Assembly: GCA_965208905.1 (NCBI GenBank)
Contig: OZ242365.1
Coordinates: 512,001 to 576,000, forward strand
From: Nitrosopumilaceae archaeon
GTDB taxonomy: Archaea; Thermoproteota; Nitrososphaeria; Nitrososphaerales; Nitrosopumilaceae
Direction of reading: 5' to 3'
Length of the DNA stretch: 64,000 bases
In this document: positions 41,234 through 50,563 of the stretch, in pieces
How the letters are laid out: each line of letters starts with the position of its first letter
Position numbering within the stretch: the stretch's first letter is position 1
The notes under the pieces: model-generated
The model's database searches: none
Told to the model about the DNA's origin: nothing
Seen by the model: only the letters and a program-made list of their open reading frames with translations
Program-made: the position numbers and the translations under genes

Positions 41234-41917
41234 ATGTATCATGTGGTTTTAGCCGAATCAGCACTTGAGACTGTTCCTAATTCAATTGCAAATCATCCTG
41301 CTGTGATGCATCATGCCCAAAAGTTGGGGCGTCATGTATCCCAAATACTATTGGACAAATCTTGGCATTATGCTGCAATGAAGGGTATGCAAGATGTTCA
41401 TAAGCGTGGACGGCCTGATCTGGTTCATTTCTCCCTACTGTCGGCCATAGCTACGCCCCTATATCAGCGTGCATTGATGAAGTTGTACATACACACAATA
41501 CAGGATACGGTTATACGGTTTGCAGATAACATAAGAATACCAAAGTCGTATCACCGATTTGAAGGGTTGTTCTCCAAGTTGCTATACCAAAACAGTATAG
41601 AGTCTGAGGGTCGTATGCTACTAGAGGCGCAAAAAGGTACCATGTATGATCTGATAAAATCGATAAATCCCACAGATACAATAGGTCTCTCTGTGCGCGG
41701 CAAACAGATTATCGATGAGAATGTAATTGGTAGATTGGGAGAGAATCCATGTATTGTAATTGGAGGCTTTCAGAAAGGAGAGTTCACCAGACCAACTAGT
41801 AATACATTTGATTGCATATATAGTGTGTCGTCCATGCCACTGGAGGCTCACGTTGTAATGAGTCGTATCTTATATGATATGGAGCGATGGTGCTCATCTC
41901 AATTCAACGGTGTCTGA
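41234..41917 (+). CDS. nep1: 16S rRNA pseudouridine N1-methyltransferase Nep1
   Basis: AESALE, RGRPDLVH, RIPKSY.RF, IGGF. Confidence 0.92.
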   Translation: MYHVVLAESALETVPNSIANHPAVMHHAQKLGRHVSQILLDKSWHYAAMKGMQDVHKRGRPDLVHFSLLSAIATPLYQRALMKLYIHTIQDTVIRFADNIRIPKSYHRFEGLFSKLLYQNSIESEGRMLLEAQKGTMYDLIKSINPTDTIGLSVRGKQIIDENVIGRLGENPCIVIGGFQKGEFTRPTSNTFDCIYSVSSMPLEAHVVMSRILYDMERWCSSQFNGV

Positions 41918-41921
41918 TTTC

Positions 41922-43341
41922 GGGAATTATATACCTGGGTATGCACGCGTAACATACGCGTACATTCCTAGGTGCTTCATGGCGCTTGATGTCTTGGGTC
42001 GATTGCACGCTTGATTCTCACGCCGCCGTCTGGCGTCCGGAACTGCACAAACAGGTGGCTTCCGGGTCCGGCCCATTTCACGCCTTTCGAGGGCTATTCC
42101 TTCCCCCGCGGGAACCTTCATACCGGTCCCCCGTTGTATGATATTCACCGGCGCATTGCCATCGGCGTTTGCTACATGGTTACATCTAAGGCACTTGAAC
42201 ATCTCCCCATTTCGGTTCTCCTTGGATATGTAGCCGCATATACTGCACTCCTGGCTCGTGTGTTTTGGACTTACCTCTACTACACGGATGCCCAGCCGCT
42301 CTGCGATGGTGTGGATCTTTCGCAGTATTGCATAATGCCGAATGAACCTCATACCGCGGTTCATACCCTTCTTGTGCCTGCCACCGCGCCTGCTCATGGC
42401 CTCGAGGTTGAGCTGCTCGACATATATTACATCCACGCCCTCGCATATCTTCTTGGCCAATAACCACTCTGCATACTCGCGGTCGTTCGCATTACCGCGG
42501 TTGTACTTTTCTCGCTTGCGTTTAATTTTACACGTCGAGTTGGAGTGTTTATTGCGATGTGAGATGGTACGGCGCGTCTCATCATTCCATGTACGGTTCG
42601 TGCGGAATGCGGTTGCTGTATCGTATAATGTTATATTTGAGGCGTTATGGTCTGTCTTGCACACGACGGTCGGATTTGTTATCCCTCTGTCTATGCCGGC
42701 AACAACACCAGTCTTGGCGCGCCGTTCGGGTACTGGTACGTCATATGTTATGTGCAGCCGGTAGATATGGTCACATGACTTGACGTGCCCCCATGACTTT
42801 GGTGTTACACATACCAAACGGAAAGACCTTGAGCCATACAGCCAGTTATGTGGAAACTGATATGGCTGCTCCTCAGACAACTCAACAACACCAAGGCCCG
42901 GCAATGACGCGTGCCTGTTGTCCACAAATCGCGGCTGCACATCACATGATACTGCCTTTTTATTATCGCGCTTTCTGGAGCGGAAACTCAGCTCGCCATT
43001 GCCGTATTTGTTCGAGACATCCACAGCAGTGCGGGCCTGATGGATGGCCGTATTTTGGTAGATGCGCTCCACTGTTTGTAGCCACGATACGGAACGCCTC
43101 ACCTTGGTGAACTCTCTGGAGAGGTCATATGTAGTAAGTGTGGGGTTAGTAAGCAGCCGCTCCACGGCCCAGTTGTACACGAACCGTTGTGAGTCCCGTA
43201 TTTTGGATATGTGACGCGCCTGAGAGCGTGTCAGGTCTATGCGGAAGCCATAAGACCGATACATGTAGTTTTGTATACCATAATACTTTATAAACATGTA
43301 CTCTACAGGACTTGCCTTGCCTACCCAGGTATATAATTCTC
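41922..43341 (-). mobile_element. Non-autonomous TIR element encoding TnpB (element B)
   Basis: TIR GGGAATTATATACCTGGGTA (41922-41) vs GAGAATTATATACCTGGGTA (reverse complement of 43322-41), 19/20; flanks CTGATTTC (41914-21) / TTAATTTC (43342-49), 6/8. Confidence 0.9.
41927..43264 (-). CDS. tnpB: RNA-guided nuclease TnpB (intact)
   Basis: MYRSYGFRI...RFVYN; RuvC GIDRG / IYVEQL / NADGNA; TSQECSIC...CLRC; TATA TTTATAAA about 25 nt upstream. Confidence 0.92.
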   Translation of the reverse strand: MYRSYGFRIDLTRSQARHISKIRDSQRFVYNWAVERLLTNPTLTTYDLSREFTKVRRSVSWLQTVERIYQNTAIHQARTAVDVSNKYGNGELSFRSRKRDNKKAVSCDVQPRFVDNRHASLPGLGVVELSEEQPYQFPHNWLYGSRSFRLVCVTPKSWGHVKSCDHIYRLHITYDVPVPERRAKTGVVAGIDRGITNPTVVCKTDHNASNITLYDTATAFRTNRTWNDETRRTISHRNKHSNSTCKIKRKREKYNRGNANDREYAEWLLAKKICEGVDVIYVEQLNLEAMSRRGGRHKKGMNRGMRFIRHYAILRKIHTIAERLGIRVVEVSPKHTSQECSICGYISKENRNGEMFKCLRCNHVANADGNAPVNIIQRGTGMKVPAGEGIALERREMGRTRKPPVCAVPDARRRRENQACNRPKTSSAMKHLGMYAYVTRAYPGI

Positions 43342-43392
43342 TTAATTTCACCTACATCATTTTTATGTAGGTCAGCGATTGGTGTGACTTGT

Positions 43393-43466
43393 GCGGTCAT
43401 AGTATAGCCTGGTTAGTATGTTGGCCTTCCAAGCCAATTACCCGGGTTCAAATCCCGGTGACCGCA
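43393..43466 (+). tRNA. tRNA-Gly(TCC)
   Basis: Acceptor GCGGTCA/TGACCGC, anticodon arm TTGGC-CTTCCAA-GCCAA, T-loop GGTTCAAATCC. Confidence 0.96.
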
Positions 43467-43482
43467 CTGTGGTGTTATTGAT

Positions 43483-43773
43483 ATGAGACGAAAAGACCGA
43501 GTAGCAGCCTTAAAAGAGATGGCAGATATACTAGAGATGGCTGCTCTCTCTACTGATGTTGTTTTGGCACAAAAGTATGCGGCCATGGCCTGGCGCATAA
43601 GTACCAAACATCGAATCCGCATGCCATACATAATGCGATTTATGTTCTGCAAAAAATGTAAAAAGTTTATGCGGCCCGGCGTAGATTCCAGAATCAGATT
43701 GTGTGGTGGCCGTCCACGAACAGTTAGAGTGACGTGTCTATACTGCAGTCACATATACCGCAAAGTGTTATAG
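43483..43773 (+). CDS. rnp4: Ribonuclease P protein component 4 (Rpp21)
   Basis: FCKKC...PG...R.R...TCLYC. Confidence 0.9.
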   Translation: MRRKDRVAALKEMADILEMAALSTDVVLAQKYAAMAWRISTKHRIRMPYIMRFMFCKKCKKFMRPGVDSRIRLCGGRPRTVRVTCLYCSHIYRKVL

Positions 43774-43959
43774 TTGTTAGGGATATAGGTTTGTCACTAC
43801 GTAGACTTTCATGTGTAGTGCAGTTAGCTGGTTAGATTCGCAGTTTGGGATCAGAAGTCATGTATGATGTGTTGGTTGCAGAATCTACTCTCTCTTCATT
43901 GTGCCAGCTAGTGTCCAGTTACCATTATGGACATTCCACACCTCCAAAGAGCCTCCCAG

Positions 43960-44290
43960 CACATCGCCGTTGGAGTCCATCCTCCAAACTTAATGAGTCA
44001 GTAGTTGCACAGCAACTTACTACCACTATATCATCACTGTGTCGGCTTAGATCATAGAGTTGTCCCGTCTGGTGGGCCCAAATATACTGATGTGTCTATC
44101 TCATCGATTATCTCTGAAATACTCTGCTGGTGTATATCGCGAATATTCAGCGCCATCTGCCAATCCTCATGTATGTCTCTCAAGTAATCATTAAAGTCCT
44201 CCACACCAATCTTTGTGGCCTCCAGTATAGCAGTACCAAACCTGCTCAAAGTAGAGTTCATTGGAAATGGGGCTCCGATCACACCCGGAT
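43960..44290 (-). pseudogene. Decayed branched-chain-type substrate-binding protein
   Basis: KIGVEDFNDYL and VVSCCATTDSLSLEDGL parallel LAVADFNEYL and MSCCSSTPSLTIEGD of 4698-7838; interrupted by stops/frameshift; boundaries approximate. Confidence 0.6.
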
Positions 44291-44496
44291 TAAATGAGTC
44301 CAGATGACAGTAGGCATCACGTCCCCCTGCATATGTTATGGTTGCAACTGCTTAAACTCCAAAGTCCGAGGATATCCGTATTGGAATCATCAGAGCCGGG
44401 TTGAGAAAGTATGATGGAAAATGATCCTAAATCTATAGTACTGTCTCGTATTAGCTCCAAACGGATATCGCCCGAGTATCCATCATGCTCTAAAAT

Positions 44497-44790
44497 CTAG
44501 CCGTTCTGTCTTATGGAGTCCTTTTTTATCACGTACGTAGTTCCACCGACAAACATGTCCATGGAGTATAGTATTATATCATCAGTACACCACAAAACCA
44601 CTCTATGTGTTGAGTCACCGCCGGGTATGACATCATATATGGTATCGGTCCAAAGTAAAAGACTTCGGGCTTCATGTGTATTTGACTCTGTGTGTACAAG
44701 CAGTGCATCTGGTATATTTAGTGGCTCTTGCTGGGCCATGGCTATCGGGGGTATCACGCATAAAAGTAGCATGATTACATGCCGCCACAT
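44497..44790 (-). CDS. Hypothetical secreted protein (possibly a fragment)
   Basis: Signal-peptide-like N-terminus. Confidence 0.4.
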   Translation of the reverse strand: MWRHVIMLLLCVIPPIAMAQQEPLNIPDALLVHTESNTHEARSLLLWTDTIYDVIPGGDSTHRVVLWCTDDIILYSMDMFVGGTTYVIKKDSIRQNG

Positions 44791-45010
44791 GTTTAGTGGT
44801 TACAGCGTGTAGGCTATTAAGCATATTTTATGGTACAGAAAAATGGTCAGTCCGGTTGGAGTTTGATGTGTAGTGTTACGTATAGTCAGTCTGTATCAAT
44901 AGTTGGGCATCTGGTTTGGCTGGTCTGGCCCATATGGTATCTGACAAATGCTATCATCCCAAGTTTGTACTTTCAAAACCTTTAAATCAACTTTCAGTTG
45001 GGTTTTGTAT

Positions 45011-45607
45011 ATGGCCACGGTCACAAAATCGATAGAGATCAAGGCTCCTGTTGATAATGTGTTTACTTACTTTGCTCGCCCTGAACATGTATCAGATCAA
45101 ATAAAGAATGATGCTGTTGGAATGGCCGTTGTTCCCATGGATATAAAGGAAGGCATGGGTGTTGGAACTACATTTCGCATAATCGGCAACTTTAATGGCA
45201 AACAACTAGAATGGGATTGTGAGACCACACAGTTTGATCGAAATGAAAGAATATCTGCAAAGCAGATTGACGGTCCCTTCAAAAAATGGAGTATCACCAA
45301 CGAGTTCAAATCATTGGGTCCTAACAAGACTCGAGTCACCATGACCGTTGACTATGACATGCCCTTTGGTCCGTTGGGAAGTATTATGGATAAGGCAAAG
45401 TTTGCAAAGTCAGCAGAGAGAGGTATGGAAACTGCACTGTATAACGTACGCGGGTTACTAGAAGGAAATGGCTCAATACCAGTATACATAACACTAGACG
45501 CATACCGCAAGTTGTTAGACGAAAAGAAGAAGATGAATGACTTGCCAGTATCTACTGTACTTACTGCCATTTTAGAAAAGTACGAGCAGACTAAAACTGC
45601 TGTATAG
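45011..45607 (+). CDS. SRPBCC/polyketide cyclase family protein
   Basis: SIEIKAPVDNVF, GVGT.F, GPFKKW, TRVT. Confidence 0.85.
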   Translation: MATVTKSIEIKAPVDNVFTYFARPEHVSDQIKNDAVGMAVVPMDIKEGMGVGTTFRIIGNFNGKQLEWDCETTQFDRNERISAKQIDGPFKKWSITNEFKSLGPNKTRVTMTVDYDMPFGPLGSIMDKAKFAKSAERGMETALYNVRGLLEGNGSIPVYITLDAYRKLLDEKKKMNDLPVSTVLTAILEKYEQTKTAV

Positions 45608-45649
45608 AAAATCTCAAGATTAATAACGATATATCTTACTCATACATTT

Positions 45650-45723
45650 GGGTCTATGGCTCAGCCAGGTAGAGCACCGGACTCTTAATCCGGCTGTCGG
45701 GGGTTCGAATCCCCCTAGACCCG
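45650..45723 (+). tRNA. tRNA-Lys(CTT)
   Basis: Acceptor GGGTCTA/TAGACCC, anticodon arm CCGGA-CTCTTAA-TCCGG, T-loop GGTTCGAATCC. Confidence 0.96.
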
Positions 45724-45767
45724 TCTATTTAACAGTTCTTTTATAGGTTCCTGATCTATGCTTATAT

Positions 45768-47198
45768 GTGAAGCTCAACAAAGAAGACATCGTGCGGGTT
45801 GAAGATGACTCACCACTAGAGTTGTTCAGGCAGGGTATAAAGTCCAAGGTGACGGCCGAAAAGTATACGCGGACACTCAGGCAAATTCTGTGCAAGATAC
45901 TTGAGAATGTACTGACAGGTACATTTGAGGAGCGCGTACAGCAGCTGGTCAATATGGGCAGGGAGGATCCCAGGTGGGTGCGCGACCTGCTGCTGAATCT
46001 GTCAAAGAAGTTACGCGAGAGGACAGAACTTGACATCGAAGACAAAGAATACCTTAATCCGGATACGGTTGGGAACTACTTCAAGCCCATCAAGAAACTA
46101 TTCGACATGAATGATATCTCCATACCGTGGAGGAGAATCTATGCTACATATCCTGAACGGGACAATATGGCAGATTCCAGAGGCTGGACTAGACAAGAGA
46201 TAGCCTTGATGCTAAAGCATGCACACGGTCCACTGGACAGGGCCCTGGTACTTGTACTGGCAAGCTCGGGCATGCGTGCCGGCGGTCTTGATCTGATATG
46301 GGAGGACCTAACGGCAGTATATCGCATGGCCGACGGCAGCCTTGTACTGGATCCGGGAAAAGATGACAGCAGCGTGGCATGTGCAGTACTGCGCGTATAC
46401 AGGGGGTCGCCCGAGAGCTATCTGGCATTTATTACACCGGAGGCGTTTGATGCCCTGCAGGTATATGGCCGCACATGGGTCAAGCAGAGGTGTCATCTGC
46501 CGCGTCCAAAGGATCCCATATTCTTGGTACAGAACGGCGCCCACAAGAACGCGTCCGTAAAGATACTCCGGGACAGGGTTGCCAGGATGGCCACAAAAGC
46601 AGGACTGCGAGGAGCCAAGGAATCCAAGAGATTCGAGGTACCTGCAATGAACGGCTTTCGTCGATTCTGGAACAAGACATGCAAGGAGACTGCATCTGGA
46701 GATTCATTGGCCTCATTGATAAAAAAGGAGTACATGATGGGACATCAGGGGCTGGTATCACTGGACCAGAACTACTTTAAGACAAATTTGATGGAGCTGG
46801 CCACAGAGTACATCAAGGTCGTGCCTGACCTTACGATAGAGGACTCTGAGCGGTTGCGGCAGTCCAACCGTACAATGTCATCCAACATACAGAAGCTTGA
46901 AAGTGAGAAGGATGAGAAACTGGAGCGTCTTACGCGCAAGGTTGATGATATGAGGCGTGAGAGAGATAGTATGAGACAGGAGATATTCGAGCTAAAGAAA
47001 CAGCGGGAATCGCCGGCTATGGATTTGCTGGATGCGCTAAAGAAGCACTCTGGTACGGATGGAATATCTGAGGATGTGTTGGGACCTTTGACGAGCATGA
47101 TGCATCAACTTACTGCGATGCATAAGAATGATCTAGAGGAGATACGGCGCGAGTATGGTGCAGAGATAGACCGTCTGAAGCGTGCCGCAGACGACTGA
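45768..47198 (+). CDS. Tyrosine recombinase/integrase with C-terminal coiled coil
   Basis: SGMRAG (R), NGFRRF (HxxR variant), MMGH, NYF (Y). Confidence 0.9.
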   Translation: MKLNKEDIVRVEDDSPLELFRQGIKSKVTAEKYTRTLRQILCKILENVLTGTFEERVQQLVNMGREDPRWVRDLLLNLSKKLRERTELDIEDKEYLNPDTVGNYFKPIKKLFDMNDISIPWRRIYATYPERDNMADSRGWTRQEIALMLKHAHGPLDRALVLVLASSGMRAGGLDLIWEDLTAVYRMADGSLVLDPGKDDSSVACAVLRVYRGSPESYLAFITPEAFDALQVYGRTWVKQRCHLPRPKDPIFLVQNGAHKNASVKILRDRVARMATKAGLRGAKESKRFEVPAMNGFRRFWNKTCKETASGDSLASLIKKEYMMGHQGLVSLDQNYFKTNLMELATEYIKVVPDLTIEDSERLRQSNRTMSSNIQKLESEKDEKLERLTRKVDDMRRERDSMRQEIFELKKQRESPAMDLLDALKKHSGTDGISEDVLGPLTSMMHQLTAMHKNDLEEIRREYGAEIDRLKRAADD

Positions 47199-47405
47199 CA
47201 TGCATGCTGCCAATATGGTTCCTGCCCATGCCATGATATGCCTGCATTTGTTGTAATTAGGCTCTGGGACGGCCGGTGTTTGCTCATATATCGATGCAAT
47301 CTTCACAATATGGATCTAATGATTTAATGTCGCATTCTAGTGTTTGCCGTACATTTTGCATGGTATGACACCATGGTAACTTGATATAAAAAAAGAAGGA
47401 GGTAA

Positions 47406-47963
47406 TTAATGCTGTCTAGGTAGGCTTATGCGCAGTACGCCGACGGATGCTATTGCCGAGATGGTAACGACAATTTTGAATATGTCAATTACATATATTG
47501 CAGATTCTTTCACTTTGTCGTTTACCATTCGGATTTCGTCAACTATGCGGTTACCACCGGCGTTGCTGTTATTGCTGTCGACATTAGAGGCATCATAATG
47601 ATTAATCATTGCCTGAAGGCGGTCATATTCGGCGGGGTCTGCGGTAGGCGAGCCGGGGCCGTATGAGTCACGGACCAATACGAGTTGTGCGCGAGTCCAG
47701 CCGTCCGGGTGGGCGGCATGCGCAGTTGTACCCATTGAAGTGGTTGATGTCTTGTCGTCCAAGTCAATGCCAAGTAGTGGTCCGGCAAGCCATAATATGG
47801 CTGCCAGCGTAATCAAGACGTAGATTACATTCTTGGTATTATCCAACGTGTTGTCTCTGTCTCCGACTTTGTCGGCATTGCCGGTTATTCTTTTTAGCAT
47901 ACTATACAACTGTTCAGGATCCGTTAATGGGTTACAGAGGCTATCTTGCATACGACCGCGCAT
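47406..47963 (-). CDS. Hypothetical membrane protein
   Basis: Two hydrophobic segments. Confidence 0.55.
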   Translation of the reverse strand: MRGRMQDSLCNPLTDPEQLYSMLKRITGNADKVGDRDNTLDNTKNVIYVLITLAAILWLAGPLLGIDLDDKTSTTSMGTTAHAAHPDGWTRAQLVLVRDSYGPGSPTADPAEYDRLQAMINHYDASNVDSNNSNAGGNRIVDEIRMVNDKVKESAIYVIDIFKIVVTISAIASVGVLRISLPRQH

Positions 47964-48050
47964 AGTATAACCAACTGGTGTATTTTGTCATGTTTAATCA
48001 CAATATGGGACCATGATAGACTATATATGATAACAAATTGTATAACTTAC

Positions 48051-48311
48051 ATGGATGTCAGCGAAGAGATGATAAGAAAGCTTGGATACAAGGGTGTAGC
48101 AGACAAGGTAGGAACGGTGCGGCTTTGGGATGCATGTGGAAATAGTTTTCGGGCGGAAATATTGGACCAGCTCGGAGTGAAGCGTATCGCAGATGAGATA
48201 GGCATGGCGCGATTATGGGACGAATGTGGTACACGTTTTCGGGTGGAGATACTAAAGGAGTTTGGCCGCGCTGAGCTCAAGAATAAAGGAATAGATGCCA
48301 GCGGGTATTAG
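48051..48311 (+). CDS. Small protein with two 30-aa internal repeats
   Basis: LGYKGVADKVGTVRLWDACGNSFRAEIL / LGVKRIADEIGMARLWDECGTRFRVEIL. Confidence 0.65.
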   Translation: MDVSEEMIRKLGYKGVADKVGTVRLWDACGNSFRAEILDQLGVKRIADEIGMARLWDECGTRFRVEILKEFGRAELKNKGIDASGY

Positions 48312-48543
48312 TTACAATACCCTACTCTTACCCATGGCAGCCAGGACAGCAACGAATGACCCATCGGCAACGAAATAGTAAATCTGACGTACGTCACGGT
48401 GGTTCCACCGTGGGGGCCGTTTTTTGGAACTTTTCCTGACAGGAAATGAGTCGTGAAAGGTGGTCGGCCTGGGGACATCCCTGCTGCCGGACATAGGCCA
48501 GGGCGCCGTCCACGACCTAGCCGGCAACCCCATCGCCGCCCTT

Positions 48544-48667
48544 CCGGCAGCGCGAAACGCAACAGGCAACCCTTGGTAATTCCATACCTAAAACCGTATA
48601 AAACAACATTTTATGCCTAAAACCGTATACCCATATGGAATTAACCCCTTCTACCGTTAATTACAAC
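48544..48667 (+). repeat. Copy 1 of a non-coding direct-repeat module with AAAACCGT(T)ATA boxes
   Basis: CCGGCAGCGCGAA.CGCAACAG.CAACCC.TGGT ... CCTTCTACCGTTAATTACAAC, shared with 57524-57749. Confidence 0.85.
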
Positions 48668-48720
48668 GCACTTGACCAGACATTTACACACAAAAAGCGG
48701 TTTTCTTAGAAAGACCAATA

Positions 48721-50069
48721 GTATTCCTGCTTAAAATCGCTACAATAACCATCCGGCAAACTACTGCAACCGCCCCTGCACCACTGCGCAGAACCCAGTA
48801 GAACTGCCATGAAGTGGTTTGGCGGCCGGTATCTGTCCATACGTGCGCAGCCTCCCCCATACGGCCGGTTTGGCCGCCATACCAGACGCTCAGGCAGCCG
48901 AGGCAGTCAGGTAATCGTACGTTTTAACGGTCTTTATCTCCCCGGTTTCATACATCGTATCAATCGATCTCTGCATGTCCTCGGCGCTCTGGTATTGTCT
49001 ACCGGCGGTATGTCGTTTCTGCTCCCTCCATTGCGTCTCCACAGGGTTGAGATCAGGGGTGTACGGCAGAAAGTATTCCAGAATGACATCACCGCAGAAT
49101 TTCTCGACAGCGTCCAGTACCGCCTTTGACTTGTGATAGCTGGCGTTGTCCAAAAATATCACGCATCTGCCAAATGTACGGTGCGCCTTCCCGATAAACT
49201 CCAGAAAGTTGTCTCCGTTCGCCTTTTCATAGAACGTGTGAAACTCCCGGCCGTGACCCAGAACCCCAAACGTGTAGAATCGCTCGCCGGACAGCGTGGT
49301 CGGCACGGTAATCTCCTCGCCTCTTGGAAGCCAGCCTGACTTGTTGCCCCATCCCACTATGGTGGAGCACTCATCCTGTGCCAGGACTGCGTATCCCCTG
49401 CGTTTGTATTCGGCAACCAACTGTGTAGCTTTTTTTTATATTTCTCTTTTTCCTCCTCGGAGGCGGCCTTTGTGTGTCGCGGACGCGCCTTTCTCCAGGA
49501 GAATCCCATACGGTGCAGCAGGTCTTCCATTCCGCTGCTCTTGTATTTGATGTCAAACTTGCTGTAGACATGCGCTATGACCATGGGGGCGGTCCACATG
49601 CCCGATTCAAAGCCGCATTCGATGGGTCCGGCTATCAGATCCTTCTTTAGTTCCACCAGCCGTTCTGGTTTCAGCTTGCATGCGGCCCCCGGATGCATAT
49701 CGTGGTATCTTCCTGCAAGGCCCATGCGGTGCATGCGGTGCAGCCACTTGCCTATCATCCCAAATGATTTATCCAAGACGGCTTCTATCTGGCGTAGAGT
49801 CATGCCCTCTTTTCGTTTCAGGGCCGCCCGCAGCCTGTTGTGTGCGTTGGCATTCTTTTCTTTCCTGATGGCACTGTTCAGCTGTTTTACACTGACGTTG
49901 GGCATGAATTTGTCGCCCTTGGGTAACCGTTGTGTATTTGTCATTACCATGTATTACAAAATTAGTATATATGCGCCTGATACCTGCGAGTTTTGGTGTA
50001 GTTAGGCATGGTGCCGTCTGGCACGGCAGTTTGCCGGATGGTTATTGTAGTGATTTTAAGCAGGAATAC
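48721..50069 (-). mobile_element. IS630-family insertion sequence, complete
   Basis: 42-bp IR GTATTCCTGCTTAAAATC(G/A)CTACAATAACCATCCGGCAAACT (48721-62 / 50028-69, 1 mismatch); TA duplication at 48719-20 and 50070-71. Confidence 0.95.
48890..49950 (-). CDS. IS630 transposase, OrfA/OrfB joined by a -1 frameshift
   Basis: OrfA HTH (WTAPMV, LHRMGFSW..ARP); OrfB QDE, LDNASYH, PYTPDLNPVE; slippery A-AAA-AAG at about 49429-49437. Confidence 0.93.
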
Positions 50070-50334
50070 TACAGTATAACTCGCCGTCCCGCACACCGAC
50101 CTCGGCTATCATACCTGTGGTGTGGTCGCGCAGCACCGTAGTGTCTCCGTCTATACCTATCTTGTACATTATTGGATTGGACTCGCGCATGACCTTGTCC
50201 TGTATGATGCGCCCCTCAAGCATGTGCGATACATACTTGGAGAGGCTATAGTCACTGTCGTTGTCTTTGTACGACTTGAACCTGTCGTATATCTCCTCGG
50301 GGATTGTTATTGATTTGTATCCTGGTTTTGGCAT
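50056..50334 (-). pseudogene. Small DNA-binding protein (MPKPGYKSITI type) interrupted by IS630
   Basis: RHH-like N-terminus; ORF runs into the IS630 IR. Confidence 0.65.
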
Positions 50335-50563
50335 TGTACGGTACAGTGTTGGTGGCTTTTAAGGGAGGTTGTGGGTTGGATGGGAGGAAATGGTAGCCTG
50401 GCAAAGAGTGGAAAGTTTGTGACAGGGTGGAAACGGCGGTACATACTGTACAGTGGAAATAAAGGTTGAAGTGGAAACAGTACGCCAAGTTTCGCACAGG
50501 CGCTATAACTGAACAGTTCCAACCAATTACTATCTTTATAAATAATGAGCTCTTGGATGGCGT

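Noticed and set aside
43265-43351. N-terminal extension of TnpB-B in the ORF track
   Set aside because: Begins outside the TIR and spans the TATA box; ATG 43264 fits the TnpB N-terminus
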